Shown here: piece after piece, positions 30,886 through 40,774 of the stretch
Numbering within the stretch: the first letter of the stretch is position 1
Layout: each line of letters begins with the position of its first letter
From: an uncultured Chthonomonadaceae bacterium
Lineage (GTDB): Bacteria > Armatimonadota > Chthonomonadetes > Chthonomonadales > Chthonomonadaceae
Direction of reading: 5' to 3'
Assembly: GCA_963835065.1 (NCBI GenBank)
Contig: CAWIEK010000065.1
Span: 1 to 64,000, forward strand
DNA length: 64,000 nt
Made by a program: the position numbers and the translations under genes
The notes under the pieces: generated by a model
Told to the model about the DNA's origin: nothing
Seen by the model: the letters and a program-made list of their open reading frames with translations, nothing else
The model's database searches: none

Positions 30886-32048
30886 TGGTTTTCGTCTCCT
30901 GCGCATTCTTTTCGGCACTCTATCCGTCGCATCAGGATCTTCTGTAGCGAAGAATTCGCGGTTTCCCGCACCAACTCTTCCGAATCACTTAGCGCATGTT
31001 CCAGCGCAGAGATGGCTTCGTCATCGTCTCTTGCGCACAGGGCAGTTGCCGCATTTCTGAGCAACCCGCGCCGCTTGGCCCGTTTCACGGGACTGCGCTT
31101 GAATTTCTCACGGAACTCCTCATCATTCATGTACAGCAGGTCGGTTACTTTGCTGTTGACAGTGACATCACGGGGTTGGAAGGCAGGTTCCTCTGTCGGG
31201 AAGAGGGTGGGATAGCGGGCAGTTTCGCGCGCTCTGTTTATGGGGCAGACTTCCTGGCAAATGTCGCAGCCATATATGCGGTTGCCCGCTTCGGCCAGAA
31301 CGGGGCGGAACTCTTCGGGGATTGCGCCTTTGAGTTCGATGGTGAGGTAAGAAAGGCAGCGGCGGGCATCCAGTTTGTAGGGTTCGAGCAGGGCGTTGGT
31401 GGGGCAGGCGTCCAGGCACTTGCGGCAGGTTCCGCAACTTCCAACGGCGGGCGCGTCCGCTTCGAGAGGCACATTGGTGACGATTTCGCCCAGGAAAAAG
31501 TACGACCCGGCGCGCGTGTTAATGAGCATGGTATTTTTGCCGAACCAACCCAGTCCCGCCCGCCTCGCCACTTCCCGCTCCAAAACCGGCCCCGCATCCA
31601 CATATACGCGCCCGTCCGCTCCGTCCATCCCCGAAGCCGCCTGCGTCTTCAAAAACGCCAGCAGTTCCTTTAGCCGACCGGCCATCACATCATGGTAATC
31701 GTCCCCGCGCGCATAACGCGCAAAAGTTGATAGTTGATAGTTGATAGTTGATAGGCCGTCTGCTTCTATCTCCTTTTCTCCTTTTCTCCTTTTCTCCTTT
31801 TCTTCCTCTCCTTCCGTGTAGTAATTCATGCCGACGACAATAATAGAGCGAGCGTCGGGAAGGAGTTCGCGCGGGTCGAGACGGCGTTCCAGGTTGCGGG
31901 CGAGGTAGTCCATTTCGCCCGCGTAGCCTTGCGCGATCCAATCCCGATATTCGGCGGCAAAAGCGGAAGGCTCCGCCCCCGTAATGCCTACAAGGTCGAA
32001 GCCCAACGCGCGCGCCCGCTCTTTAACCAAATCTTCCAAACGCTGCAT
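30861..32048 (-). CDS. queG: Epoxyqueuosine reductase
   Basis: RYARGDDYH, YVDAGPVLER, GWFGKN, CGTCRKCLDACPT, GCDICQEVCP. Confidence 0.95.
   Translation of the reverse strand: MQRLEDLVKERARALGFDLVGITGAEPSAFAAEYRDWIAQGYAGEMDYLARNLERRLDPRELLPDARSIIVVGMNYYTEGEEEKEKRRKGEKEIEADGLSTINYQLSTFARYARGDDYHDVMAGRLKELLAFLKTQAASGMDGADGRVYVDAGPVLEREVARRAGLGWFGKNTMLINTRAGSYFFLGEIVTNVPLEADAPAVGSCGTCRKCLDACPTNALLEPYKLDARRCLSYLTIELKGAIPEEFRPVLAEAGNRIYGCDICQEVCPINRARETARYPTLFPTEEPAFQPRDVTVNSKVTDLLYMNDEEFREKFKRSPVKRAKRRGLLRNAATALCARDDDEAISALEHALSDSEELVRETANSSLQKILMRRIECRKECAGDENQCKANKQS
31725..31803. repeat. Paired octamer/heptamer repeats inside queG
   Basis: Coding strand (AAAAGGAG)x4 then (CTATCAA)x4, encoding EKEKRRKGEKE..LSTINYQLST. 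Confidence 0.9.
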
Positions 32049-32064
32049 TTCAGTCCTTCACCAC

Positions 32065-32339
32065 AGAGGCACAGAGACACAGAGGTTTCACAGAGAAAAG
32101 AAGAAAAGGGGAATGAGGAGAGGGAACCGCGAAAGAAACGAACCAAGACGAAAAGAGGAAAAACAAAAAGAACCGCAAAGAGCCTCAGGATGTCAAAAGA
32201 GGAGCAGTCACTTCGTAGGACTCTTTACAATTCTCTTCGCTTCTTCTTTTGTCTTTTTCGTTTATTTCGCGTGTTTTGCGGTTTCTACCTCCGTATTCTC
32301 TCTGTTTTTTCTGTGAAACCTCTGTGTCTCTGTGCCTCT
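32065..32339. repeat. Nested inverted-repeat element
   Basis: Perfect 30-bp IR of CACAGAGR octamers (32065-32094 / 32310-32339) enclosing an imperfect 9-mer IR (32125-32157 / 32253-32283). Confidence 0.88.
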
Positions 32340-32362
32340 AGCGTAGCGGGTGGTTCAAACTT

Positions 32363-33055
32363 CTATCCTACCGCGTCCAGCGCGTCTTTAATGGACATTT
32401 GCACACACGTCAAGATGGGCGTGTCACGCAGGGTGAACAGGCTGGACTCGGTTTCGCGCAACGCCATCACCAAGTCCAAAAAGTCGGCCATAATGTCGGT
32501 TTCAAAAGCAACGACAAATTCCTGATCGTCTATGCCGAAGGAATAGGTCGTGTTCAGCTTCACAGTCGGGAATTTGTGCCCCACTTCGATGTGCGTGGAC
32601 ATAGCCTTTTGGCGCTCTTCCAGCGACTTCAAGTACCACTGCCGCGTTTTGACGAAAGGGTACACGAACAGGTACTTGCGCCCGGTAGGACGAATCACCA
32701 GCCGACGGCCTTCCGGCGAACCTTTTTCCGTCGGGTCAAGGTACTGCGAATTTTTGGTCATGGCAAGAAAACAGTAGGGTTGCGTAGCCCACTTGCCGAT
32801 GCCCGTGTTGAGCAGTTTCGAGCCGTGCTTCTGAATAATGTCCAGTTCCGGGCTGGCGTTCCACAGCAGCAAATCCACATCGCCGCGTATGCCGACCAGC
32901 GAGTAACTGCGCACCATCATCTCATCCGCAGCCTCTTCCACCGCGCTTGCAAACGCCGCTTTGTCCTGCGCCCGAACCTCATCGGGCTGCCGCCGCCACG
33001 CCGCATCAAACTTATAAAACGCAAACTGCACCATCGGGCGTCCGCGATTGTCCAT
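32363..33055 (-). CDS. Chlorite dismutase family protein (coproheme decarboxylase HemQ/ChdC-like)
   Basis: YLFVYPFVKTRQWY..ERQKAMSTHIEVG..TTYSFGIDDQEFVVAFE. Confidence 0.88.
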   Translation of the reverse strand: MDNRGRPMVQFAFYKFDAAWRRQPDEVRAQDKAAFASAVEEAADEMMVRSYSLVGIRGDVDLLLWNASPELDIIQKHGSKLLNTGIGKWATQPYCFLAMTKNSQYLDPTEKGSPEGRRLVIRPTGRKYLFVYPFVKTRQWYLKSLEERQKAMSTHIEVGHKFPTVKLNTTYSFGIDDQEFVVAFETDIMADFLDLVMALRETESSLFTLRDTPILTCVQMSIKDALDAVG

Positions 33056-33066
33056 TAGAAACCTCC

Positions 33067-33175
33067 GGGTGTTCGGTGTTCGGTATTCGGTATTCGGAAA
33101 TACAAAAGTATGGAAGTTTAGCTTCACAAGGAAGAGTTATGAACCGAACACCGAATACCTGAATACCTAACACCA
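33067..33175. repeat. Facing heptamer arms (GGTRTTC / GAAYACC)
   Basis: ggtgttcggtgttcggtattcggtattcgg ... ccgaacaccgaatacctgaatacc. Confidence 0.85.
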
Positions 33176-33176
33176 A

Positions 33177-34404
33177 TTATGGCACTACCACCAGCGTCTG
33201 CACCGCGCCGTCGTGTGCCGCGATGCGGGCGATTTGATGGCCGTTGCGGACATTCCAGTAGCGCAGGGTTTTGTCACTGCCGCCGCTGACCAGCATATCG
33301 CCGTTTGCTGTCCACGCCAGAGCGGTTACGCTGCGGTCATGCCCGCCTGCAAACGCGATTCCCGTGCCGGTCTGCACATTCCACAATCGTATTTTACCCT
33401 CTTCGTCGCCGGTTGCGATAGTTTTGCCGTCCGGGGAGTAGGCAGCCGCGAAAACGCCCTTGCTCGTGACGCGAAAACGCCGCATCAGGCTGCCGCCATT
33501 GGTTTCCCAAACCTTTAAATAACCGTCCATAGACACGCTGGCAATAAGATCGCCTGCGGGAGAAAGGGATATGGCGGTAATGCTGCCTTCGTGCGCGACA
33601 ATCGTGGATTCGTAATCCATAATCCGGCCCTGCGCGCGCAGTTTCCAGACCCGGATTTGATGGTCATCGCTGCTGCTGACAAGGGTGTTGCCGTCACCTG
33701 AAAATTGCAGGCTGCGAACCGCGTCGTCATGCGCCTTGATTTCCACAAGCAGGTGTCCGCTCACTCGATCCCACAGGCGAATAAACGTGTCCGCGCCCCC
33801 AGTGGCGATAATCAGGCTGCCGGGAGAAATAGCGAGCGCCGTAATGCCGCCCTCATGCGCTTTTACGCTGCGCAGGGGCATGGCGTTCGCCGATTCCTCT
33901 TCGGCCATGTCCCACCATTTGAGCGTTCCGTCCGCACCCCCGGAAATCAGCAGGGGCGTCGGCTTGCCGTTCATGCTCATCACGTATGTCAGAGCCATCG
34001 CGGAAACGGACGCCTCATGCGAGCCGATAAACCCGTTCATCTTGCCCGTCGCGTCCCAGTGTTTCAGGCTGTGATCGCTGCCGCCAGTCAGCACAACCGG
34101 CAGAATCGCGTTGGTGTCATGGGGCGCAGGAATGGGCGCGGACAGGGACGGCGACAGCGGCATGGCGACTGCCGCCACAGGCGAAGCGGGCATGGCAGGC
34201 GGCGGCACGGATACAAGGGGGCGTTGGCGCTTGCGCGTTTGCCATAGCGCTCAGGGAAAATAAGTACGCGCATACTGCTTGCAAGACAATGCCGGTTCGC
34301 GCCCGCCGAAGCAAACAGGCAATGAGAATGCAATAGTTGCGGAATGGAAACAGCGCAGAAAATGGCATGGTGGGCAGGGTGTCAGTGGTATCGCGCATTG
34401 TCAT
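33177..34404 (-). CDS. WD40-repeat protein (probable frameshift near 34210 separating the signal peptide)
   Basis: About 7 GH/AH..WD repeats in 33177-34208; ORF 34117-34404 supplies a signal-like segment. Confidence 0.8.
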
Positions 34405-34570
34405 TGAGTAACTTCCGGGTTGATTATGTAAAGTGTTCTAAAACCAGAGCAAAATATGAGACGTCTCTCATCCGTTGCCTGGTATGACAATGCGGACGCA
34501 TAATTGTTACCGCTATGTTGCCGGGAGCAAGCGTCAGCTGGAACAGCTATTTGTCCATAAGTCCCTTATT

Positions 34571-34602
34571 CTTTTCGCGTTCTTTCGCGTATTTTGCGGT
34601 TT
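34571..34602. repeat. Unpaired 9-mer arm at uppS stop
   Basis: cttttcgcgttctttcgcgtattttgcggtt, similar to 32253-32283. Confidence 0.75.
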
Positions 34603-35365
34603 AACTCTGCTCTTCCGCTTCCACTACCGCGCCGAATTTGCGGACGCGCTTCTGGTAATCGGCAAGCGCGGCAATTAAATGGTCGCGGTCAAAGTCGGGC
34701 CAGCAAGTCGGGGTGATGTGGATCTCGCTGTACGCGGTTTCCCACAGCAAAAAATTGGACAGGCGTAATTCCCCGGCTGTGCGGATAAGCAGGTCGGGGT
34801 CGGGAATTTCGGGCGCGTACAGATGGGCGGCAATGGCTTCTTCGGTGATTTGGTCGGGCGCAATCTGCCCCTGTCGCACCTGCTCGGCGAGGACGCGAAC
34901 CGAGTCTACCACTTCCGCGCGCCCGCCGTAGTTGATGGCGAGATTGAACGTCAGGCCGTCAAAATGCGCGGTGCGCTGCATGGCGTCTTCAAACTCGGCG
35001 CGCAGGTCGGGCGGCAGTTCGCGCATCCGGCCCGACACCCGCACCCGCACGTTGTTTCGGATCAACTCCTCGATTTCCGCCCGCATCGCCCGCAGCATCA
35101 ATTCCATCAGCCCGCCAACCTCGTCTTGCGAGCGCCGCCAGTTCTCCGAGGAAAAGCCATACACGGTGAGATAGCGGATGCCCAGATCGTCCGCCGCATA
35201 CACAATATCTTTGAGCGTCCGGTAGCCCTGATCGTGCCCCCACAAGCGGTTTTTGCCCTGCGCCCGCGCCCATCTGCCGTTGCCGTCCATGATAATGGCG
35301 ACATGGACGGGAATGCGCGCCGGGTCAAGCCCGGCTGCTGTCGCGTTGGCTGTCCTGTTGGTCAT
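34601..35365 (-). CDS. uppS: Undecaprenyl diphosphate synthase
   Basis: HVAIIMDGNGRWA, FSSENWRRS, NYGGRAE, DPDLLIRTAGELRLSNFLLW. Confidence 0.97.
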   Translation of the reverse strand: MTNRTANATAAGLDPARIPVHVAIIMDGNGRWARAQGKNRLWGHDQGYRTLKDIVYAADDLGIRYLTVYGFSSENWRRSQDEVGGLMELMLRAMRAEIEELIRNNVRVRVSGRMRELPPDLRAEFEDAMQRTAHFDGLTFNLAINYGGRAEVVDSVRVLAEQVRQGQIAPDQITEEAIAAHLYAPEIPDPDLLIRTAGELRLSNFLLWETAYSEIHITPTCWPDFDRDHLIAALADYQKRVRKFGAVVEAEEQS

Positions 35366-35366
35366 A

Positions 35367-35930
35367 TTAAACTTCCATCAAATCCGCTTCTTTGGCCTTC
35401 GTCAATTGATCCACTTCCGCGATGTACTTGTCGGTCAGCTTTTGCACTTGATCCGCGCCGCGCTTTTCGTCGTTTTCGGAAATGGGGCTTTCCTTGTCCT
35501 TGCGGGCGGTGGACAGTTTCTTGATGGCGTCCTGTCGCACGGTGCGAATGGAGGCTTTGCCTGTTTCCGCCTTCTGGTTCACCTGCTTGATGAACTCCTT
35601 GCGGCGCTGCTCGGTCAGGGGCGGGATGTTGAGGCGGATGCCCACGCCGTCGTTGTTGGGCGTGATGCCGACATCCGACTTCGTAATCGCTTTTTCGATA
35701 TGGGACAGCGCGTTGCGGTCAAACGGCGTGATGAGCAGTTGGCGGGGTTCGGGCACGGACACGGCTGCCACCTGATTGAGCGGCAGGCTGGAGCCGTACA
35801 TTTCCACCTTGATATGCTCCAGAATGCCGGGGTTGGCGCGTCCGGTGCGTATCAGCGAAAACTCATGGTTCACAGCCTCAATGGACTTCTTCATCTTGCT
35901 TTCAGCGTCTTTGATTAGATCAGGGATCAT
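35367..35930 (-). CDS. frr: Ribosome recycling factor
   Basis: IRTGRANP, GITPNNDG, IPPLTEQRRKE. Confidence 0.97.
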   Translation of the reverse strand: MIPDLIKDAESKMKKSIEAVNHEFSLIRTGRANPGILEHIKVEMYGSSLPLNQVAAVSVPEPRQLLITPFDRNALSHIEKAITKSDVGITPNNDGVGIRLNIPPLTEQRRKEFIKQVNQKAETGKASIRTVRQDAIKKLSTARKDKESPISENDEKRGADQVQKLTDKYIAEVDQLTKAKEADLMEV

Positions 35931-36105
35931 GGTGAGCCTCTTTGTGTTATGAAATGAGTAGCATTGTAGAAACGTGTCGTACAGGCGTCTGCCATCAGTT
36001 TACAAACTCAGCAAGTCGCGCGTTTGTTCCCGCAGCAGCGTAAGACGACGTTGTAGTTGTGTTTCCGCTTCAGCCTGCGTATTTCCTGCCGCAAACGGCA
36101 GGGCA

Positions 36106-36135
36106 TCTATCAACTATCAACCATCAACTATCAAC
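36106..36135. repeat. Heptamer block (CTATCAA)x4 at MFS 3' end
   Basis: tctatcaactatcaaccatcaactatcaact. Confidence 0.8.
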
Positions 36136-37473
36136 TTCTCTGGTTCCGGCGGCAGGGTTTCTAATTCGGGGCGCAGGGCGGGGTCGGGCGGCAGACGGAA
36201 CGCGACAATGGCGGCTACCACGTAGGAACCCGCCAGTATAAACAGCCCCGACTCGTAAGTGTGGGTGCGGTCTTTCAGTTGCCCCATCAGGTAGGGACTG
36301 AAAAACGAGCCTAGATTGCCGACGGAATTGATGAACGCAATGCCGCCCGCCGCCGCCGCGCCGCTGAGAAAGCCCGTTGTCAGCGCCCAGAACGGGCCGG
36401 TCCACGCCGCGCCGCCGATAGCGACGATGCACAGGCCCACCATCGTCCACACGGGTGAGCGCGTTTCCGCAACCATGGCAACGCCCGCCGCGCAAATCAC
36501 CGTGCCGACAACCACATACCAGCGCCGTTCGCGGGTTTTGTCGGAATGGGTGGCAACGGCAATCAGGATGATGCCGTCGATAATGCCGGGGATCACGCCC
36601 ATGTTCAAAATTTTAGCGTTGCTCCACGTCCGTGCGCTGCTGCAAAATCAACTGCTGAAAAAAGCCCAATCCCGCGCCACTGAAGATGATAATGAAGAAC
36701 AGGGCGCACAGGTGCAGGACGCGGGGGTAGCGCAGCGCCTGCGTAATGCTCATGTGGTGGTACTTCTGGCGGTGCTGTTGTTCGCGCGTCAGGGTCGTTG
36801 TCAGCCATGTTCGCTCTTCGTCTTGCAGCCAGTGCGCGTTTTCCGGCTTGTCGGTCATATAGGCCAGCACGACAAAGCCTAAAAAGAACGAAGGAATGCC
36901 TTCCATCAGAAACAGCCATTGCCAGCCCTGCAAATGCCCCACGCCGTTCATTTTCAGCAGCAGCGCGCCGAGGGGTCCGCCGATAATCCCCGCCACCGTT
37001 CCGGCCACAATAAAGGCCGATCCCGCCCGCCCCCGAATGTTGTTGGGAAACCAGTACGTCAGGTACAGCACCATGCCCGGAAAAAAGCCCGCTTCCGCCA
37101 CGCCGAGCAGGAAGCGCAGGATGTAGAAACTCATGGGCGAGCGCGTCAACATCATCATCGCGGCGATAATGCCCCACGTAAACATGATACGCGCAATCCA
37201 GCGCCGCGCCCCGACCCGCTCCATGATGATGTTGCTCGGAATCTCAAAAATGAAATAGCCGACAAAGAAAATGCCCGCGCCAAATCCATACACTTTATCG
37301 CTGAACTGCAAATCCTGCTTCATGGTCAGCACCGCCGCGCCGACGTTGGAACGATCCAGAATCGCGAAAATGTACAGCAGGAACATGAACGGGATCAGCC
37401 GCGCGGCCACTTTGCGCATCGTCACGCGCTCCAACTCCCCCTCTTCGCTCGTTGGCGTCGTACTTATCTCCAT
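36117..37473 (-). CDS. MFS transporter, anion:cation symporter family (frameshift near 36610)
   Basis: RLIPFMFLLY..DRSNVG, FEIPSN, GVAEAGFFPG, GWQWLFLMEG; C-half AFINSVGNLGSF in ORF 36117-36608. Confidence 0.88.
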
Positions 37474-37530
37474 TGAAAGTCCGTTCCTCTTCTCGTTACG
37501 TGTGAATGTTGCAGGCAAAAACTGAAAATA

Positions 37531-37560
37531 GCCGCGAATGAACGCGAATAAACGCGAATG
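37531..37560. repeat. 9-mer block (ACGCGAATR)
   Basis: gccgcgaatgaacgcgaataaacgcgaatg. Confidence 0.75.
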
Positions 37561-37681
37561 GCGCAAGCTGCGCGGGCAAAAGGGTCAAGGCAGCGCGGCA
37601 GAATAGTAATACGACAAAACTATGGGGAGTTTCGATGAGGAGAGGGCGAGTTCCTGCATGGCACTTTTACCTAATGGCTTC

Positions 37682-38080
37682 TTACGATATTTTTGCCATG
37701 AGGGCTGGTATTTGCTCGTGAATGGGTGAAGGCACAACACGGAAATTGGACAGATAGGCCGTGTAGCCGTTCTTGTGCCACTCCGTTACAATTGTCGCTT
37801 CGATCTCTGCTCCGGCTGGCACTTCGTTGATAAGGCGTACGCAAAGACCACTATCACGCACAGGAACCTTCTGCGTGATAGTGCGCTCTTTTCCATCGGG
37901 ACGAACCGCTTTTTGAACGAGCGTCACAAAATTTGATTGCTCGTCGGGCAGACTTACAATCTGTACGCGGCTGGTTACTTCCTCTTTCCGCAGCATTACT
38001 TTCCCCTTCACCGGCTTCAAGGGCGGAAGGCGTTCAGCTTTCGGCGGGACATTCATCGCCCCCGCTCCGGTTCCGTCCAA
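37682..38080 (-). CDS. Hypothetical protein
   Basis: 132-aa ORF co-directional with neighbours; no recognised motif. Confidence 0.5.
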   Translation of the reverse strand: MDGTGAGAMNVPPKAERLPPLKPVKGKVMLRKEEVTSRVQIVSLPDEQSNFVTLVQKAVRPDGKERTITQKVPVRDSGLCVRLINEVPAGAEIEATIVTEWHKNGYTAYLSNFRVVPSPIHEQIPALMAKIS

Positions 38081-38118
38081 GTTTTATGCGGGAAGTACGC
38101 GGCAGTTACATTGCAGGG

Positions 38119-38697
38119 TCAGTGGGGCAGGGTTGCTATCACCCATCCAAAGGTTGCGCCGCCGAGCAGCAGATAAAGCGGGGCAATTTTGGTCTTTATC
38201 GCCAGCAGGAGCGACAGAAGGGCCACCATGCCAAGCGGCCAGGAGGTGATGGCATTGCGCCCGATGCTCCACAGCGTTGCGCCGAGCAGACCGACCACGC
38301 CGGGAGCCGCGCCCGCCCCGAACGCGCGCACCCAACGGCTTTTCGCCAATTTCTCCACGCCCGCCGCCGCCAACGCCGCCAGAATCGTCGGGGCAAGGAA
38401 CATCCCCAATGTCGCCGCGATTCCACCCGGCAGCCCGCCCGCCATATAGCCGACAAAAGCCGCCATTGTCGTCACGGGGCCGGGAATCAGGTAGCCGAAG
38501 CCGACGCCCGCCGTAAACGCGGGCGTAGTCAGCCAGCCCCGCTCGGCGACGCTGGTACGCTCGATCAGGGGCAGAACCGCCTGCCCGCCCCCGAACGCCA
38601 GCAGGCTGATGACGGCAAACTGCAGGAACAGCGCCCACAGCAAACCGGCATCAAGAGCGGGAGGAAAGAACGCGGAAGTTGGAAATGCAGGGTTCAT
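38119..38697 (-). CDS. chrA: Short-chain chromate transporter
   Basis: LLAFGGG, GWLT, LIPGP, AFVGY. Confidence 0.85.
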   Translation of the reverse strand: MNPAFPTSAFFPPALDAGLLWALFLQFAVISLLAFGGGQAVLPLIERTSVAERGWLTTPAFTAGVGFGYLIPGPVTTMAAFVGYMAGGLPGGIAATLGMFLAPTILAALAAAGVEKLAKSRWVRAFGAGAAPGVVGLLGATLWSIGRNAITSWPLGMVALLSLLLAIKTKIAPLYLLLGGATFGWVIATLPH

Positions 38698-38740
38698 GCA
38701 GATTTAACAATTTGCGCGGTATCGCGGATGGATCGAAATT

Positions 38741-39448
38741 CTACTTTTTATAACTGTCGGGCACATCGGCGCGTTTGATGTCCTCATGTTCGTACTCGCT
38801 CCCGATGTTGTCCGCAGCCGGGGAGCCGCCCAATCCGAACAGGCTTGCGGCTTTTGACCAGACCCGCACTTCGCCGCCGCCCTGACGGTAACGCTCGCGC
38901 GCCAGATTTTTCAGTTTGCTGTCCGACTCAATGACGGGCGCGGGCAAATGCGCGGCCTGCTCCAGCGTCGGGAAATCCGCGTCGAACTCCGCCATTTCCC
39001 GGTCTATTTTGTAGGGCGCGTAAGACGGCGCGGTAGTGGGAGCCGACATGGAGAACTTTAGTATGGACGTGTTGACGCTTTTCAATTTGCGCAGGTATGT
39101 GGCGCGCGAACGGGCATGCCAATCCACAAAGCGGGCGACTTCGGCATGACTGGCAGGCAAGTTGGCGAGACGGCTGCGCTTCACTCCGCCTTCCCGCGTC
39201 AGACGGGCGCGTAGCATCGTGATTTCCTGCTGCTCGGCGAGAATGTCGCGCTGCACCATCACCCAATCCGGCAGCCCGCCCGCGTTTTTCAGCACCTTGT
39301 TCGCCATGCGGATGTGCAGCGGTACGCCCGCATCGTCTTCAAACACGATGGGCTTGCCTCTGCCCGGCAAATTGTCGAACTTGCCTTCCTCAATCGCTTC
39401 CTGAATCTTGCGCTCTGCAACCCGCGCAATCACCTCCGGGTCAATCAT
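38741..39448 (-). CDS. DUF1992 domain protein
   Basis: VAERKIQEAIEEGKFDNLPGRGKP..VLKNAGGLPDWV. Confidence 0.88.
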   Translation of the reverse strand: MIDPEVIARVAERKIQEAIEEGKFDNLPGRGKPIVFEDDAGVPLHIRMANKVLKNAGGLPDWVMVQRDILAEQQEITMLRARLTREGGVKRSRLANLPASHAEVARFVDWHARSRATYLRKLKSVNTSILKFSMSAPTTAPSYAPYKIDREMAEFDADFPTLEQAAHLPAPVIESDSKLKNLARERYRQGGGEVRVWSKAASLFGLGGSPAADNIGSEYEHEDIKRADVPDSYKK

Positions 39449-39570
39449 GCCAGCGTTCCCTTTCAAAAACGAATTCCGCCGCCCGAATCGAGAAGTTCTC
39501 TCGTCTATTATATTATACATTCTCTGTGGTAGACTTGTTGCAGTCTAATTTTCGAGGAGTTTTCGCGCCC

Positions 39571-40713
39571 ATGTTCTGCCCGCCATATTTCCGCCTTGCG
39601 TCCACACTCACGCTGACGCTTGCCTATGCCCTCCCCCTGCCCGCCCAATCCAACACCCCCCCATCCCCAAAAACCATCACTAATCCCAAAATCGAAAATC
39701 GAAAATCGAAAATCGAAAATCCAACCTCCTCCTCAACCCTCAAAGGTTCCGACGTGCTGGCAACGGTAAACGGCGAACCCATCACGCGGCGCGAATTGAC
39801 GAACCTGTGGCTCAAAATTGACAATCAAGCCAACCGCCCGCTCGGCATGATCATCCTGAACCGGATGCGGGCGGCAGGCAGCCTTGCGCCCGGTTACACC
39901 GTGACGGAAACCGACATTTACAGGGCGCTGTATAGCGGGCCGGCAAGCGATTACGCCCCGACCCTTTCCAATCTGGTCACGAACCGGTTGGTGGCGCGTG
40001 AAGCCAGGCGGCAGGGCATTGTGGTCACGCCCCAGGAAGCGGCGCAGGCGGGACACGCGCTTATGGATGAGGTGCGCGCGCAAAAGAATATCAAGGCGTC
40101 GGACGAGCAGATATTGACGCAGTTTCGCGTACCCCGCGACATTTTTCTGGACGAGATGGTGTTTCGGCTGCGCGGCGAGAAGTTGCTTGCCAAAAGTATC
40201 GCAAGGCGCAACGGCCATGCGCTCGGCGCAGAGGATTGGGTAATCTTCCGGGAATTGTTCGCGGGCGCGAACACGGGCACGGATGCCGCCAAAAACGCCC
40301 AGGAGTTTGCGGACGCCAAAGCCCGCGTTCAAGCGTGGGCCGAGGAAGTGAGAGCCGGAAAATCGTTTGCCGATGTTGCCAAATCCCACAATGAAGATGA
40401 AACCAGAGCGACAGGCGGCTATCGCGGCCCCGCCCTGCGCGGCACGGGTACAAAGGAAATTGAAGATGCGGTCTTCCAACTCAAAACCGGCGAAATCAGC
40501 CCGCCCCTGCGCGCCAAAGACGGCTGGTACATCTTCCAGGTCGAAAAGCGCGGAACCGACATACCCGCTTCTCAGCGCGAAGCCGCATGGAAGCAGGTCG
40601 TGGAAAAGCGCGTCACGCCGTTTCTGGCCGACTTGCGCCAACACGCCAAAATCACCAGCGTCATTCCCCTGCCGGTAGACACCCTTACCGGCCAGCCAAC
40701 TGCAAACAAATGA
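39571..40713 (+). CDS. Parvulin-type peptidyl-prolyl isomerase (PrsA/SurA-like)
   Basis: Signal peptide, VLATVNGEPIT, GKSFADVAKSHNED..GG, LKTGEISPP..GWYIFQV. Confidence 0.85.
   Translation: MFCPPYFRLASTLTLTLAYALPLPAQSNTPPSPKTITNPKIENRKSKIENPTSSSTLKGSDVLATVNGEPITRRELTNLWLKIDNQANRPLGMIILNRMRAAGSLAPGYTVTETDIYRALYSGPASDYAPTLSNLVTNRLVAREARRQGIVVTPQEAAQAGHALMDEVRAQKNIKASDEQILTQFRVPRDIFLDEMVFRLRGEKLLAKSIARRNGHALGAEDWVIFRELFAGANTGTDAAKNAQEFADAKARVQAWAEEVRAGKSFADVAKSHNEDETRATGGYRGPALRGTGTKEIEDAVFQLKTGEISPPLRAKDGWYIFQVEKRGTDIPASQREAAWKQVVEKRVTPFLADLRQHAKITSVIPLPVDTLTGQPTANK
39686..39722. repeat. (AAAATCG)x4-5 inside PPIase linker
   Basis: Encodes PKIENRKSKIENP. Confidence 0.88.
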
Positions 40714-40742
40714 ACCACGGGGAACACGGGGAACACGGGGAA
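40709..40742. repeat. 9-mer arm (left) at PPIase stop
   Basis: aatgaaccacggggaacacggggaacacgggg; inverted partner at 41846-41879. Confidence 0.85.
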
Positions 40743-40774
40743 GCCATAGGGGGAGAAGAGGGATGGCTTGAACT

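Noticed and set aside
32363..33055. Perchlorate/chlorite respiration
   Set aside because: No signal peptide or reductase genes; heme biosynthesis (HemQ/ChdC-like) is more likely.
35998..36111. 37-aa ORF between MFS and frr
   Set aside because: Start lies inside a heptamer block, no RBS, no recognisable motif.
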